The position numbers and the translations under genes are program-made. From NCBI GenBank assembly GCA_043228905.1, contig JBHGNT010000004.1, forward strand, positions 4,774,001-4,838,000: a stretch of 64,000 bases of DNA, read 5' to 3'. A model generated the notes under the pieces. The model saw only the letters and a program-made list of their open reading frames with translations. It searched no databases and was not told where the DNA came from. Of this stretch, positions 37,301 to 50,632 are shown piece by piece; positions within the stretch are counted from its first letter, which is position 1, and each line of letters begins with the position of its first letter. Source of the DNA: Azolla caroliniana. Lineage: Eukaryota; Plantae; Polypodiophyta.

Positions 37301-40286
37301 GGCTCATTTTGAAATAAACGAAGAAAATGCATTTGTCACTACCAAAATAGATGCTCAGGAATCAACCCGAAATAGATGGATCATATCTTCAGAACCATGG
37401 TAGCCACATCCGTGTAGAGGCAGAAAGCCATGTGACTCAGGATTGCCTTCCGCACTTACAAAACAAAACAACAGCCAAAACAAAACAAGAAAACACCAGA
37501 AAAAAGGAGGGATTTCCTCAGTGCCAGTTTTATTAATAAAAAAGGTTTTATACACAGCGTAATGCAGAGTTTGCATTGTCCTTTAACAGATTAATCTAAC
37601 AGTTTAGCATGTTAAATTCCATAGAATGACAAGTGCAAATATTTTGAGATGATTTCATGCAAATTGGATCTAACCTGGTAATGGCATTCCAGGAAGAGTT
37701 GCCACATTGGGGGGCGCCATATCAAAACCGCTAGCACGTTTACTGCATGCACAAACAATGTAGCTTAGAAGCTTGCAAAAGTATTCGGAATGTGTTCAGT
37801 TAACTTTGATCTGGAGAGAACATCTAGATGTACAGAAGTTCTATCTTCCGCTAAGGAAAAAAAAATTGCAAAGAGACACCAATAACCACATAACAGAAGT
37901 CTTAGATGAGTTGATTATTTCTTCTTACCTAAAAAAACAGTCATAAAATACACAGCTCACAAAAAGCAAGATTAACTTAGATGCAGGAGAATCAAAACAT
38001 GAAAAATTATAAATTAGGATGACAACTTGATTCTTTTCTCTACAAGGAAATATATAGAAGATTAACCCTCTCAAGGAAATAACCAAAAAATTTGAAGAAA
38101 TGAAATTATAAATATGCGCTGTACATGCAAGAAACTGAAAAGAACACAAAAAACAGATATAAAATGCTATAGTAAGATATTGAATTGGTATAAATATGTA
38201 AACATATGCAAGAAAGTATATGCACACCTTATAATCGTGCAGCACATCTTCAACTTAGAAGATCAAACAATATAACTACCAAAAGAGACACTAAAAAATC
38301 CTTAGTTGAGGAGTTTGAAACTGCAATCTGAACTCTCACATTTTAACACCACATATACACAATTAGAAGGATAAATTTTGGCACGTAACATATCTATTCA
38401 TTAGCAAACCATGAAACATGAATTTTAGTTTATGAGATACGAAGAGCAAGTAGATAAAATCCTTATAGAAAAGGAAACAAAAAAATGAAAAACAAAAAGC
38501 AAACAAAAACACAAGCTGCAAGCAAGGGCACCCAAGATTATAAGCGCATCAACTTCATCATGCAAAACCAGGATAAATAATTCTATCATGATGGATGATC
38601 TATGGATTTCTGTGACATCCTCAAGAGATTCTGGCATAAGAGACGGAAGAAACTCGGAAATCCATAAAAATACCATGAATAACCATCTCCTTATAACATT
38701 CAAAAATCTATACACTGAATTTTCATCCCCATCAGATTTATATTGTTATAAGGATAGAGTCCAATGTTCCATCACGTAGAGAATACAAGTATTTCTTCAC
38801 TACAATTAGCTCCAATGAGATGTAAGGTAATAAAACATGTAAATTTAAATTAGAATATAGGAATGACTAATTGAGTTCTACTGTAATCTCTCATTGACTT
38901 ACAGCTGGACCCCTCCATTTTGAATGCTAAAAGCTGAATTTTTTTTATGTTTTTCTCATTTGTCCCTTACTTTAAATGTACAACAAGATTTGCATTTATA
39001 TACATCAAAAGTCAAATCATAAACTTATATACAGAGACAAAATCGAAGTTTCGGCAAGACAAGATTACCTCTTCTCATCTCGAGATTTGGAACGTGAGCG
39101 TGATCGTTTGCGATCTCCTGATCTCCCTCCAGACCTGGAACGGGTTCTATGTCGGTGCCTTCTCTCCCTATCATAATCATAATCATGATGTCGCCTGAGA
39201 AAGGAAAAACGTGATACATGCCACCCAAAGTTAGGAGTTGCAAGAGGAATGTTTCTCAAACGAAAAATATGAGGAATTATAAGAAGCATTCTCATATGGA
39301 ACGTTCTAAGGAATTGCAAGGGGAATCTTTCCGGAGAGAAAAATACTAGGAATGACACGAAAAGACTTTCTTCAAAGGCAAACACTGGAAATTACAACAG
39401 GAATGTTTATCAACACGAAACACTATGAGCTAATAAGAAAATGGCTATATGTAACCAAAATGTTAGGATTTAAATCAACAACATTTCTCAAGTGAAAGAT
39501 TTACCTATCACGCTCACGACTTCTTCCTTCTCTGTCTCTACTGCGTTCTCTATCATTACCCCGTTCCTTCTCTCGACTGTGCTCCCTGTCTTTACTTCGG
39601 TGTCTATCACTTCTATGTTCTTTTTCGTGCCTTTCACTTTTGCTTCTACTTCTGCTTGATTCTCTATCTCTGTGTCTATCCCTGTCTCCATGTTCTTTTC
39701 TCTCTCTGCTGTCTTTCTCCCTGGGAGAATTCTCTGAGAATTCCTGAAACAAAACCCACATAAATGAAACTTTTTCGAGTATCATAGAATCCTGCAGCTC
39801 CAAAATCAGAAACAAGAAAAACTTTTGTTTTGAAACAGACGAAGATCAGAGATAATCATTTACAACATGGATGTCGTACAAAACGCTGTTCATTTCTTAT
39901 AGATTTAGAAAGGCAAACCAAAGGAAGGGGAGAAGCTGGAGGAAGCCACGAAGAATTTGAAAGGTAAAACGAAAGACAGAAGGAAACCATGAATGTGGAA
40001 GGTGAATAAAGAAGCAGAAGGAATCTATGAAAGATCAGGGAATGTAAGCAAAAGGAAGGAGAAAAACAGGCGGACTCTATGAAACCGTTGTAAGAGTTAC
40101 TAACTGTGGAAAGAAAGCATAGAAGGGAAAGGAAAGGAGGGGATGAAATCTTTCAGGAGGAGGAAGAAGAAGCAAAAAGCAAGCAACGAGAGCACCTGAG
40201 AAGAGAGGATCATTTACCTTCTGCTGTTGCTGGGGCGCCACATCGTCGTAAGATTCCAAGTCGTCGTCTTCTGCGTGCTTCGCCAT
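34346..40286 (-). CDS. U2AF65: Splicing factor U2AF large subunit (RS domain + RRM1 + RRM2 + UHM), ~18 exons
   Basis: Exons 40286-40218, 39743-39505, 39194-39069, 37742-37675, 37134-37067, 36980-36936, 36724-36665, 36488-36431, 36350-36238, 36157-36042, then 8 more to the stop at 34346. RS-rich N-terminus; motifs SGFDMAPP, HARRVYVGGLP, FAFVEMRTVEEASNAMALDGI, KVFVGGLPYYLTE, PTKVLCLTQV. Confidence 0.95.
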
Positions 40287-42065
40287 CGCCGTTCACCTCG
40301 CCTCAAAACAAAAAGACTGCGTGCGACTCTGTGTGAGAAGAAGCAGAAGCTGTGAAGCAGTAGGAGCAGACGTATTTTACAATAATACCCAAAATGCCCC
40401 TATACATATACATAGTATACTATGATATACATATATACATATACATACACACTTATACATATACACATACATACATGTACTGTGTACACATACATATACG
40501 TATTATATACATATAAGAATTCCCGAGAATGCCCCTTTGGATCATTTTACATGTGTGTCACTGCTACCGATTTCAATCGAGAACCACGGTACGGTCTCTC
40601 CATCCGTAGAATCTACTCGGGCAGCAAGAATTGCACTTGAAGAATGATTATTGGAAATGGAAAGATAACAAAGAGCGTGGATATTTTGCACACATCCGTT
40701 ATATAGTTGCTCCGTTCATCGCTCTAACTCCCGATCAAATATGGCATCATGTGCAAAATTGTATGGCATGAGTGCCTCACCAAGTCAAGCAACTCATCGT
40801 CACTTTCAAATTACATCTGCTTTGTTGGGGAATTATATGGTTGGCCAATTCATCATCACCATGATTCTCAATTATTGTGATATAGGAGCACTCGTACATA
40901 CATACATATGTGTGTGTCTCTATATGTATACATGTATATATATGCATGTGTGTGTGTGGTGGTTGACCAAGTCATCATACAATGTTTCTCGACTTTATTT
41001 GCTCATTGAGCAACTATATTGTTTCAAGCAATTCATCACCCTTGTGTTTCTCAATGGCATGTGCTCCAATATCACCACCATCTTTCTCAATTACATGCAA
41101 TGTTTTAGAAATTATATGGTTAATTAAACCATCCTCATGCCTTGTGTCCGTATTTACTTCTAGTAAACACTCAATGTGTCATTTTTAGTTACCTACTAAA
41201 ATCTCACCTTTGATGGAGAAGGCTAGATTGTTAATTGTAAATAGCCTCAAATATATTTGTAACGTAGTTTCCATTTCCATAGGTTACCGTTCACAAGTGT
41301 TGTACTTGAAATTTTAGGCAACACGCATGTATATGCTATGTTGTCATACCTAAGTATGCTAGTTTACTCTCATTTGACTTTTATATCAGAAGTGAGATGA
41401 ATAACCTAAACATGGAGCATGACATAAAAGATAGATATACTAATTGCCTTGGCTCCAAGTACCCAACAATCAATGTCCCATACAATCCTCCACATCCTAT
41501 GAGTGCAAAAGCATTAAAGCCTAGAGCTAGATCCAAGACAACCCAATTAAGAGTGCTTACATCTCCAACCATGTATAACAGTTACTTGCATGATATATAA
41601 AGGTGGTTTTGTCATGCTCCAACCATGTATAACAGTTACTTGTGTGATATATAAAGTCACTTTGTAATTAATAAAGCCATTTTCCCAAGTGAAATGTTGG
41701 TGTGCTCAACTGCAAGGCACAAGCTTTTCCATAACACTACCATGTTTATAAAGGATGTTTCAAAACCAAAACAAGGTAACCTATACATCTGTTAAGTAAA
41801 TGTTTTCACATCATACGCCATGGACCTGTTCTTAGTACTTCATGCTTTGAAGTGTTGTGCCCATTGCATTGCATATTTGTGGAAAAGAAACTACAATGAT
41901 AGACACATAATCACTATTAGGTGACATACCATACAGAGTTTATTAATTTACAAACAGATGTGTGTATTTCATGTACAAATGAATTGGTACAAAAATTGTG
42001 TAGAAGACCTATATGAATAGGCAAAGACAGTTCAATTTTAGCATGACACAAAGCTCTCAACAAGG

Positions 42066-45000
42066 TTAGAGGATTGCTGATGTCTTATTGGGAAGACGAC
42101 AATCACATGTACAAAGAGAACGGGAGCCTTCAACCACTCGCTGATTACGACGGATATGAAGATTGATAAAAGGAACCTTCCCTGCTATCTGAAGCGAAAG
42201 AAACACTAAGTTGGTCAAATCCATACAAGCATGAAGCACAATAACAATGCTATAATATATTAATGAAGCTTTCCTGCTACGTGAAAGAAAAAGAGAAGCA
42301 TTAGGTACAGCAACTTCATAAACACCATAACAGTGCTACCATCATAGCACCACATATATTGAGAAACAAAACACAACACAAACATTTCCAAATGAAATAC
42401 TACTGGATTACCATTCTCCATGTCAAGTCCTCTGGTCCCAATGGTAGGGCTGGATGACTATACTGAAAATGCTTTGAAAACTACACCAAATGAGGAGATG
42501 TCATGATTCATTAAGATGAGATAAAGCGCTTGAAAATAATATTGTGAGACCGCATACCATAGCTAGCTGAGATTGCATTTCAGATATCTGAAATGAGCTT
42601 ATGTTGTGCAAATAGCTTACTAGCCAGCCTGGTTGAAGCGCTTGCAAAGATGACACAAATATGACTATCTGTAACAAAGCCATTGAGTGAGGGACTATAC
42701 AAAATAACAACCATGATTTCAGTGGTTACTAGTGCTAACCAATGGTATACCTTTCTATAATCTAGCACGCCTTCAAATGGAAGCTCTAGCTCATCACTAA
42801 CTACCACAGGTATGCATCCACTCACTATAGCATCAAAGAGTCTAGCTGAGGACGGGGTATCTCCAGCTGGGCTAAGGCAAAATTTAGATCTGCAACAATT
42901 TGAGACTGTTTCAGAAGAATGCTTTCACCATAACCACATGATATTTTAAAAGTAGATCACACAAGTGTTAGTCAGCCTTTCAAAATAGCGACTTTATAAT
43001 AAACTATCACATTGGTATCCCATAGACTTAAATTTGTATTCTTATACAACAAAAATGATAAAGAAAGAATAATGATGTTTGGTTGCTGTACAATCATCTT
43101 CATTTTCTTTTCATCGTTGCCCTTATGTGGAGGTGAAGAGTTATTCGCTGTAAAAAACTTCACTGGGAACATTCTAGATTCTAAAGTAGATTAAATACAT
43201 GCCTTTCACAGGATTTCTTTCACAACAAGAAAAGTGATTCTAAAGTGGTGTGATAATACCTGCGCATCCCATGTTGTGCAGCTTCTCTTCCAATATCTCC
43301 AGCAGAGCCTTCTTCCAGTATAACATTAGACTCTAATTTCAAGATATTGATAAGCTTGCTACGTATCTTTCCACCCTGCAAACAGAATTTCACATAACTT
43401 CTTTTCAACATTTCCATAGAAGACATATTCTACGCCCATGAGCTATATAAATATACAGAACCGTGGAAATGCCAGAGATTGACAAAACAAAACTTGGCAT
43501 TGTAGTCTCTAGTCCTGTCGGATCCTTTTGCTACCCCTTAAGACATTGCAATCAATTAGTTGCACATTTTGCAGGATGGTACTTCAAGCTTGTTGATATG
43601 TTCTTTTCACTGGTTTTCCAAATGGAATGCTTGTATTTAGGCTTCAACCTTACATTCAAGATACTTAGATTAACCTAGAACCACCATTGCAATTTGCACC
43701 TAAAATATCATACTGGTAAGAACATCTTCACTTCTTGGCCCATAGCTTTGAGTTTCACACCTCACTACAAACAACTACATGCCACATGATACTACAGTAC
43801 TAATCAACCAGCTTTGAGTTTCTTCCCATCAGCTAAAGAAATAATTTCTCGTACAGCCAGAGAATCTAGAGAGGAGCAGATATAAACTTGCAGACTTTGC
43901 CATGTGGAGAGGGACCGTGAGGAGCACATGTTTGTTGATGCTCTGCATGTGAGGACACCAGAATATATATAATCATATGGTGTCCCAGGGATGATGACAG
44001 ATTTAAGTGATTCCTCGCAGAGATCCAGAGACACAGAAAGGTTCTTCAACATGCAGGATCATCATAAGGAGTACATCAGCATATGGTCTCTTAGGGGCAC
44101 TAACAGCACCCCTTGACCCAGGGGCACCCGGGACTTGCCCACACATCCTACAAGTGTTGTACCGGACACCACAATCCATTGAGATATCTGAGAGATCATC
44201 AAAGTACCAATTAAGTTTTGAGGGGGGAGAGAGAGAGAGAGAGAGAGACATAACCGAGCTCTAATCTAGAGTTCACCTACAAAGACTTGTTCACAACTCA
44301 GCTATGTCATTTTTATCATGATACTCTAGTTTTACTCGACATTGTACTATGTTTTGCTGCATAGACTGAGTTTAGGCTTCCACAGAAATTAATTAAAGTT
44401 CTTTCTTTCTTTTTCTTTCTATATAACTCTATCTATCTATCTATCTACCTATCTTTCTCTCTCTCATAGGAGACGTGCAGGTTATATCCACATTATTTTA
44501 ATTTAACGAGGCCTATTTGATTGTCACTTCAATACCATGTTTTTTATCCCTTTGTCTCACTTTATTCATTTATAGGATAACTTTTAGAGGCAATTAATGG
44601 GTTCAATCAGTTAGCAAGAAATGAAAACAGTTATTCGATTATTAGATTCAATGACCACGCACTATACGTTTGACCACATACAGCATTCCTCTTCATTCGT
44701 CCACGGAAGAAAAGAAGTGTTGCCCGATGCATCCTATTATTTTCTAGGCAGTTTGTATCACAAACTTCAACATTAGGTACATATGGAAGAATCACATCCT
44801 TTTCGAGTGAGACTTCACCTGGTTTGTACCTAGAAAATCAACACCAATATGATAAGCTCAGGTTATTTCAAGATTTCTCCCAAATTTGATGGTATGTTGA
44901 ATTTACCAGTTTCCAGTCGAATCAAGGTCAGGGAGCAACCAGATAGCATGCTTCATAAACCTACGGTGAGATTTAAAAGACCATGGATGATGAACGGGTA

Positions 45001-47258
45001 ACACATGATCCCTTCCACCAGATCTTTGCCATGCTGGCTGACTCGTGACCCACTTCAATGCCTCCTGTAGAATAGAGTATTATTAATTCATAGATTATGG
45101 TGCATTGGATAAAAGATTCTCCGATATGTTAGATTATCCACAAACTCAGAATACTGAGCCCAGCAAACATATATGACCAAGCAAAACTTTCAAACATTTA
45201 AAACCGAAAACCAAACGTCATTGTTGTACAAACCCTCAGAAACATTGGACCTAACAAACATATGAATTTCCTTTGAATAATATTCGAGCATCTAAACCGA
45301 AATTATTGCCTCATATTTTACAAGAATGTGAGAATAATCGGTCAAACAGCTATTCAATTTCCATCAAAGGATTGAAACAACAAAACACTGAAAAAAACTT
45401 GGATCTCCACAAATCATCCCATCTTTTAATGGATTCATGATAATTATCCAAAACCTCACAATAATAGGCTAAGAAAATGTATGAGTTTCCTTCCAAAAAT
45501 ACATCTAAACAAAAATGGGGAATTTTGGTACATCCTGAGATCATTATTCAGCAGCACCTCAGATAAATGGGCCACGAAAATGCATAACTTTCCTTCCATA
45601 ACAATACATAAAACATCTAAAGCCAAAAGTAGAAGAAACCTTAGCTATCTGTGTATCAAAATTATCCTTCATTATTCTCCAAAGCCTCACAATCTGAATA
45701 CTATTCATTGTACCAGCAAGCAAGTAAATTGAATCTCCATCAAACGATAATGATTTGAAACAGCTAAAACCAGAACAAAAGTATATTGTCCATTCTAATA
45801 GCCAACAAATGCATTGAAATTTCTTCTAATGATAATGATTCAAACATCTAAAACCAGAAAGGAATAAACCTTGGACCTCGGTGTATTAGTCATTCTAACA
45901 GAAAGTAGACGCATTGAAGTTCTTTCTAGTGATGATGGTTAAAGATTGCATCTAATCTCTTTCTAATGATCGTGATTCAAACATGTAAACAAAAGAGGCT
46001 GGATACGTGCATATCATCCATTCTAACAGCAAACAAATGCAATGATTTTCTTCCAATAATATAGATTCAAGCATCCAAAACTGATAATAATAATAATAAA
46101 AACCTTGAAACAGACGCCCACACCCTGTATAGAAGACTCCGCTGTGGCTTTTCAAGCAGAAAGAAGCTGATGGTTGTGAAAAAAGGAATGTAGAATATAT
46201 CCGCCTCTTCTTCGTCAAATACTTGGACCACAGTCTTTACAAGCCTTTCAGACTCTGGAGCAAGTAGATCAGCCCATAGCCAGTAATCAACTGAATGCTG
46301 TGAGCGATGAAACATAGAGAAGATCAATACAAGCAATTTTAATGCACATAAGAAGAAGAATTAGAAACCATTTGAAGAATTTTTAGCAGTAGAAGAAGAA
46401 AATAGACCCCAAAGAATGTAAGGATGAAGAAGAAGAATTTGGATCCTGTGTATACTTAGCCACCCTTTAAGAATCACACAGCGCACAAGAAAACAATGAT
46501 AAAGTCTGTCCACTTATCAGTTCAATCAGCCGTAAGAAGAATACTGTACATTTACCAGCTCAACAAAAAGAAGAAGTGGAAGAAGAAGAAGAAGAAAACG
46601 AGGATGTTCATTTTTTATCTGTTCAATAAGAAATATGAAACAGAAGCGGAAGCATATGGGAGAAGAAAGACGAACGAACATTTACCTGCTCAATAAGGCG
46701 ATGAATGGGGCTTCCATTTGATGTTGCGTTCACTGTGTCTTTCAAAGTCTCATGAAAAAGCCGCAAAAGATCAAACGTGAATTTGCTCGGCATATCATAA
46801 ACATAAACTCTAAGCCGATTCTCCTTCTTCTCTTTGTAAAGATCGTTCAATTCTCTTCTTCCAACTGCATTATCAAGCTCTTTCGCAGAAACAGAAACAG
46901 CAAACAAATCTACTTCTTCCTCATTATCAGACGCGATCTTCCCGTCAATAACCACAGATCTCGATGATGCTGTTTTCTTAAACGAAGATAAATCTTTCCT
47001 TTGTTTGTTCAAGAAAGCCTCGAGAGAGGTCACAAACGATCTCTCTATCGAAGGAGGGGGGGAAGCCCTAGACCGCGCAAAAGAGAAGGAAGAGGAGAGG
47101 AAGAGGTTAGAGTTGATGGAGGCGAGGAGAGAGGAAGCGGCGAGCAAGACGAAGAAAAGAGAGATGAGAAGAACGAGAAAGATAGGAATGAGGGAGAGGG
47201 GCAAGGATTTACTGGTGTGATTACCACAACTGTTTCTGGAGCTGCTTCTGGGCGCCAT
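42066..47258 (-). CDS. GT47/exostosin family glycosyltransferase (ARAD1-like), ~9 exons
   Basis: Type II membrane anchor ([19 protein letters not shown]); motifs [76 protein letters not shown], terminal CTCDC. Exons start 47258-46686, 46297-46124, 45064-... Confidence 0.93.
43787..44168. mobile_element. Probable solo LTR (382 bp) in a GT47 intron
   Basis: Begins TG and ends CA; flanked by 5-bp direct repeats CCACA (43782-43786, 44169-44173); more GC-rich than the host intron; internal TATA-like run. Confidence 0.5.
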
Positions 47259-49680
47259 AGCCAGACAGCAGCAGAAGCAGCAGTAACAGGAACAGGAACA
47301 GTAGCAGTAACAGTTGCAGCTCAAGCTCAAGCTCAAGCTTCACTCTTCTTCTTCTTCTTCTTCTTCTTCTTCTTCTTTCTTCTTCGTCTCTGTGTGTCTG
47401 AGAGTGTCAGTGTCGGTGTGAAATGTGAATTATTTTGGGTCTCGTTTCACACTGTGCCTCAGAATCTAGCAATCGGGCGGTTTCACACTGGGCCTGTGTT
47501 TGTCCGGACAGGACATCGCACTGTCGCAGGAGCTTCGACTCCCTCCTAGCACACGCACCCACCCAGCCACCCAACCAACCCACCATGTGATGTGTAGATT
47601 TTGATTTATGCATCTGTATGTATGTATTGTAATGGATATGTATAACACTCCGAAACACTTGTTTGTGTGTTTGGTTCGGTTTCTAAAGCTCATCCCCTTC
47701 TACGAAAAAATGTAAATGCCTTTTGTGACCCTTCCACCATGTCCTTAGTTCTCGTGGAAAAACATGGTTATGGCTATCCAATAACTCGTGGTCTCTTTCG
47801 CATCGGCAAATGGGTATTATTCATGTGCTGATGCTTACTAATGCGTGGTTCCCACTTGATCAATCAAAGAGAAATATAACTTCATCGTTTCATTTGCAAC
47901 ATATGGTGGGGAATTAGAAACGATGATCAAAGCATGTATACGCAAAACTAGTGCATCTCTTTTTTAGAGATTTCTGGGAACAAGGTTTGGAGACATCTTT
48001 GGGTAGATTCCAAGCATTCCTATCAAGCAACGATTATTTCCTTCAATCAACAAGATTTGAGCGCTTTGGACCATCTAGAATTGCATAAAGTTAGCTTCTT
48101 CAAGCAATCCGATAGACAATCTCTGTTGAATTGTCGACTCCTCGAGGATATCCCACTTCAAACTTTTATTTTTTACTTCGAGTGCATGTAAGGACTTTCA
48201 TGTCAAAATGACGCCTTTTAGAATCCTCTTTATTTTTCATGGGTATTGACCTCATGTTTAGGTTTTACCACTAGTATTATAAGCATTACTAAAAAAAGGA
48301 TGCTAGTTAGATAAGACCCCTAACTTTTTTGACTCAATAGATAAACCATCTAAGAGGGCAAGCCAAGGAGCAAACCTCTTGACAAGTTTGTTTCATCCCA
48401 TAGATCCAATGGGTATCACTCCTACTTTGATGTGTCTCCATGTTGTGATAAGCAAGGTCAATATATTCATTTACTAGAAATTCCATATGCTTTACTAACA
48501 ATAACATCTCTTTTCATAAAAAGGACTTTCAACGGTGATCAAACATCCTTTATATTTGCCAATGCTCATTAAAAGTGTCAATTCAATTACTATGGGCTTT
48601 GCCATGATTTTATCATTTGCCAAAGACATCAAAGACGTGGGAGATTATTAACAACTAATTTAGTCGATAACTATTACCAAGTCTTGGTGATGTGTTCATA
48701 ACCTATTGCTTCAATAAGCTAGGAAAACTATTTAGTATAGTTGGGGAAGTAATTAAAGCATTGCAATGTAACCAATTTGCTAACCATACAACAAACCCTA
48801 ATTAACACATGAAACTTCACAATCCATACTCTTTGCTATCATACTTGCAAGGTTACTTTAATAATCATGAATTTTACATCTTTTGGCATTAACAATGGCA
48901 AACATAACATTATTCCACAGTATGGCAAGCACATAATACTTGGCATTGTTTTGCTGATCTTTGAGTTGTTATGGTTTTCCATTTTATAAATGTTTGCATT
49001 AATTTTATTCTTTGTATATAATTATTGGTCAAAGCCTTACAAATAAACATGAGACTGTAGTTTGGTTACTAGAAGTATTTCAAGGATCACAAATGTTAAA
49101 GCCCAACAGCTTCACATTTTTTTTAAATCCAAAGAACTATAACTGTACATGTAGCAATCATATACATAAAAACAAATGTTTGACATGTATGATGATGGCT
49201 TGGAGAAGAAATCAATAAAAAGATCATACAAGCTTGTAATAATTCACTATCTATTTGACAGATCCAATTTAAAAGATCAGGGTATTTCTTCAAAATTTTG
49301 GGTGATTTTTCAACAATTCAAGGGCAAATTACAAACTCGCTGGTTGGAAATGTGATCATCTGTCATTCTTGTTATTCATATGAAGCAGTAATTCATGTAA
49401 ATAAATATTGTAAGCCATAAATGTAATTATTCACATACGATGCATGAAGGGGCCTAATTTATGCAGCAGTGCAGATCCCACAACAAACAACTTCCGTTGC
49501 TAGAATAAAGCATTAGCAGACATGTAAGCACTGCGTCTGTCAAGATAGAACACACCATACTGTTTGCAACAAAAAAACCCATTGGGTAGCTTACTCAATA
49601 AGAAATAGGTTACAAGTTTTAAATTTAAAATACTCAAACACCTACACATACAGATAATTGGCAAATATATATATATATAT

Positions 49681-49711
<31 letters not shown>

Positions 49712-50117
49712 TGGACATGCATCTCCTTTTTTAAGGCTTTGTGATAAACGTTTATGTGTTAATTTAATCTTCAGCACATCAAGACTATATTTCAGAGAGC
49801 AAACCCTTCAGCTCCAAAAATCAACCGCCAAGTTTTGGCCCTGATCCTTCAGCAAAAAAGCACATCCTAGCCAAAACAAGTGTATTGTCTAAATGTATCT
49901 GGGCTGGCTAAACATGGTATTCCAATGATTATCTCTCTTTGAAAGGACTGTCTGCCCTGCATTGCCTCAGAGTTTACAACCAAGTTTGGCATCATATAAA
50001 CCAGCATTATCTGTAACCTTCACATATATTTAGCCAATACCCTTGATACAGATTTAAAATACTCAAGTTACTCATACAATACAACAATTAATCAAGGATA
50101 TTCTATTGATTGAATCA

Positions 50118-50555
50118 ACCCTGCAAATTATAACGATATAAATTATTTTGACCACCACAAGCTCAGTTTTTGCAACATTGAACTGATCTCACAGAAAACT
50201 TGTGACACATTCAGGAACATGTTGCTCTTTTTGAGTTCTTGAGCTCCAGCCTTCCTAAAATGATTGACATGTACAATCCAACAACATGGTAATTGGATGA
50301 GTGAATATAGGAATTTTCTAAACTTTTGGAGCCTACACCCTGCAAATTATAACGATATAAATTATTTTGACCACCACAAGCTCAGTTTTTTCAACATTGA
50401 ACTGATCTCACAGAAAACTTGTGACACATTCAGGAACATGTTGCTCTTTTTGAGTTCTTGAGCTCCAGCCTTCCTAAAATGATTGACATGTACAATCCAA
50501 CAACATGGTAATTGGATGAGTGAATATAGGAATTTTCTAAACTTTTGGAGCCTAC
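50118..50555. repeat. Near-perfect 219 bp tandem duplication
   Basis: Copies at 50118-50336 and 50337-50555; only one difference noticed (ttttgcaac vs tttttcaac). Confidence 0.95.
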
Positions 50556-50632
50556 GAAAGCATAGTTAAATAAGACAATATATTATTCATATATTTTGAT
50601 CTCACATGAGCTGCGGCTCTCTTCACAGACAA

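Noticed and set aside
47001-47549. 182-aa plus-strand ORF
   Set aside because: Antisense shadow of GT47 exon 1 plus low-complexity repeats
47800-48900. Possible RT/RNase H remnant (similar weak LINE-like signal at ~55900-56900)
   Set aside because: Too degenerate to support by eye
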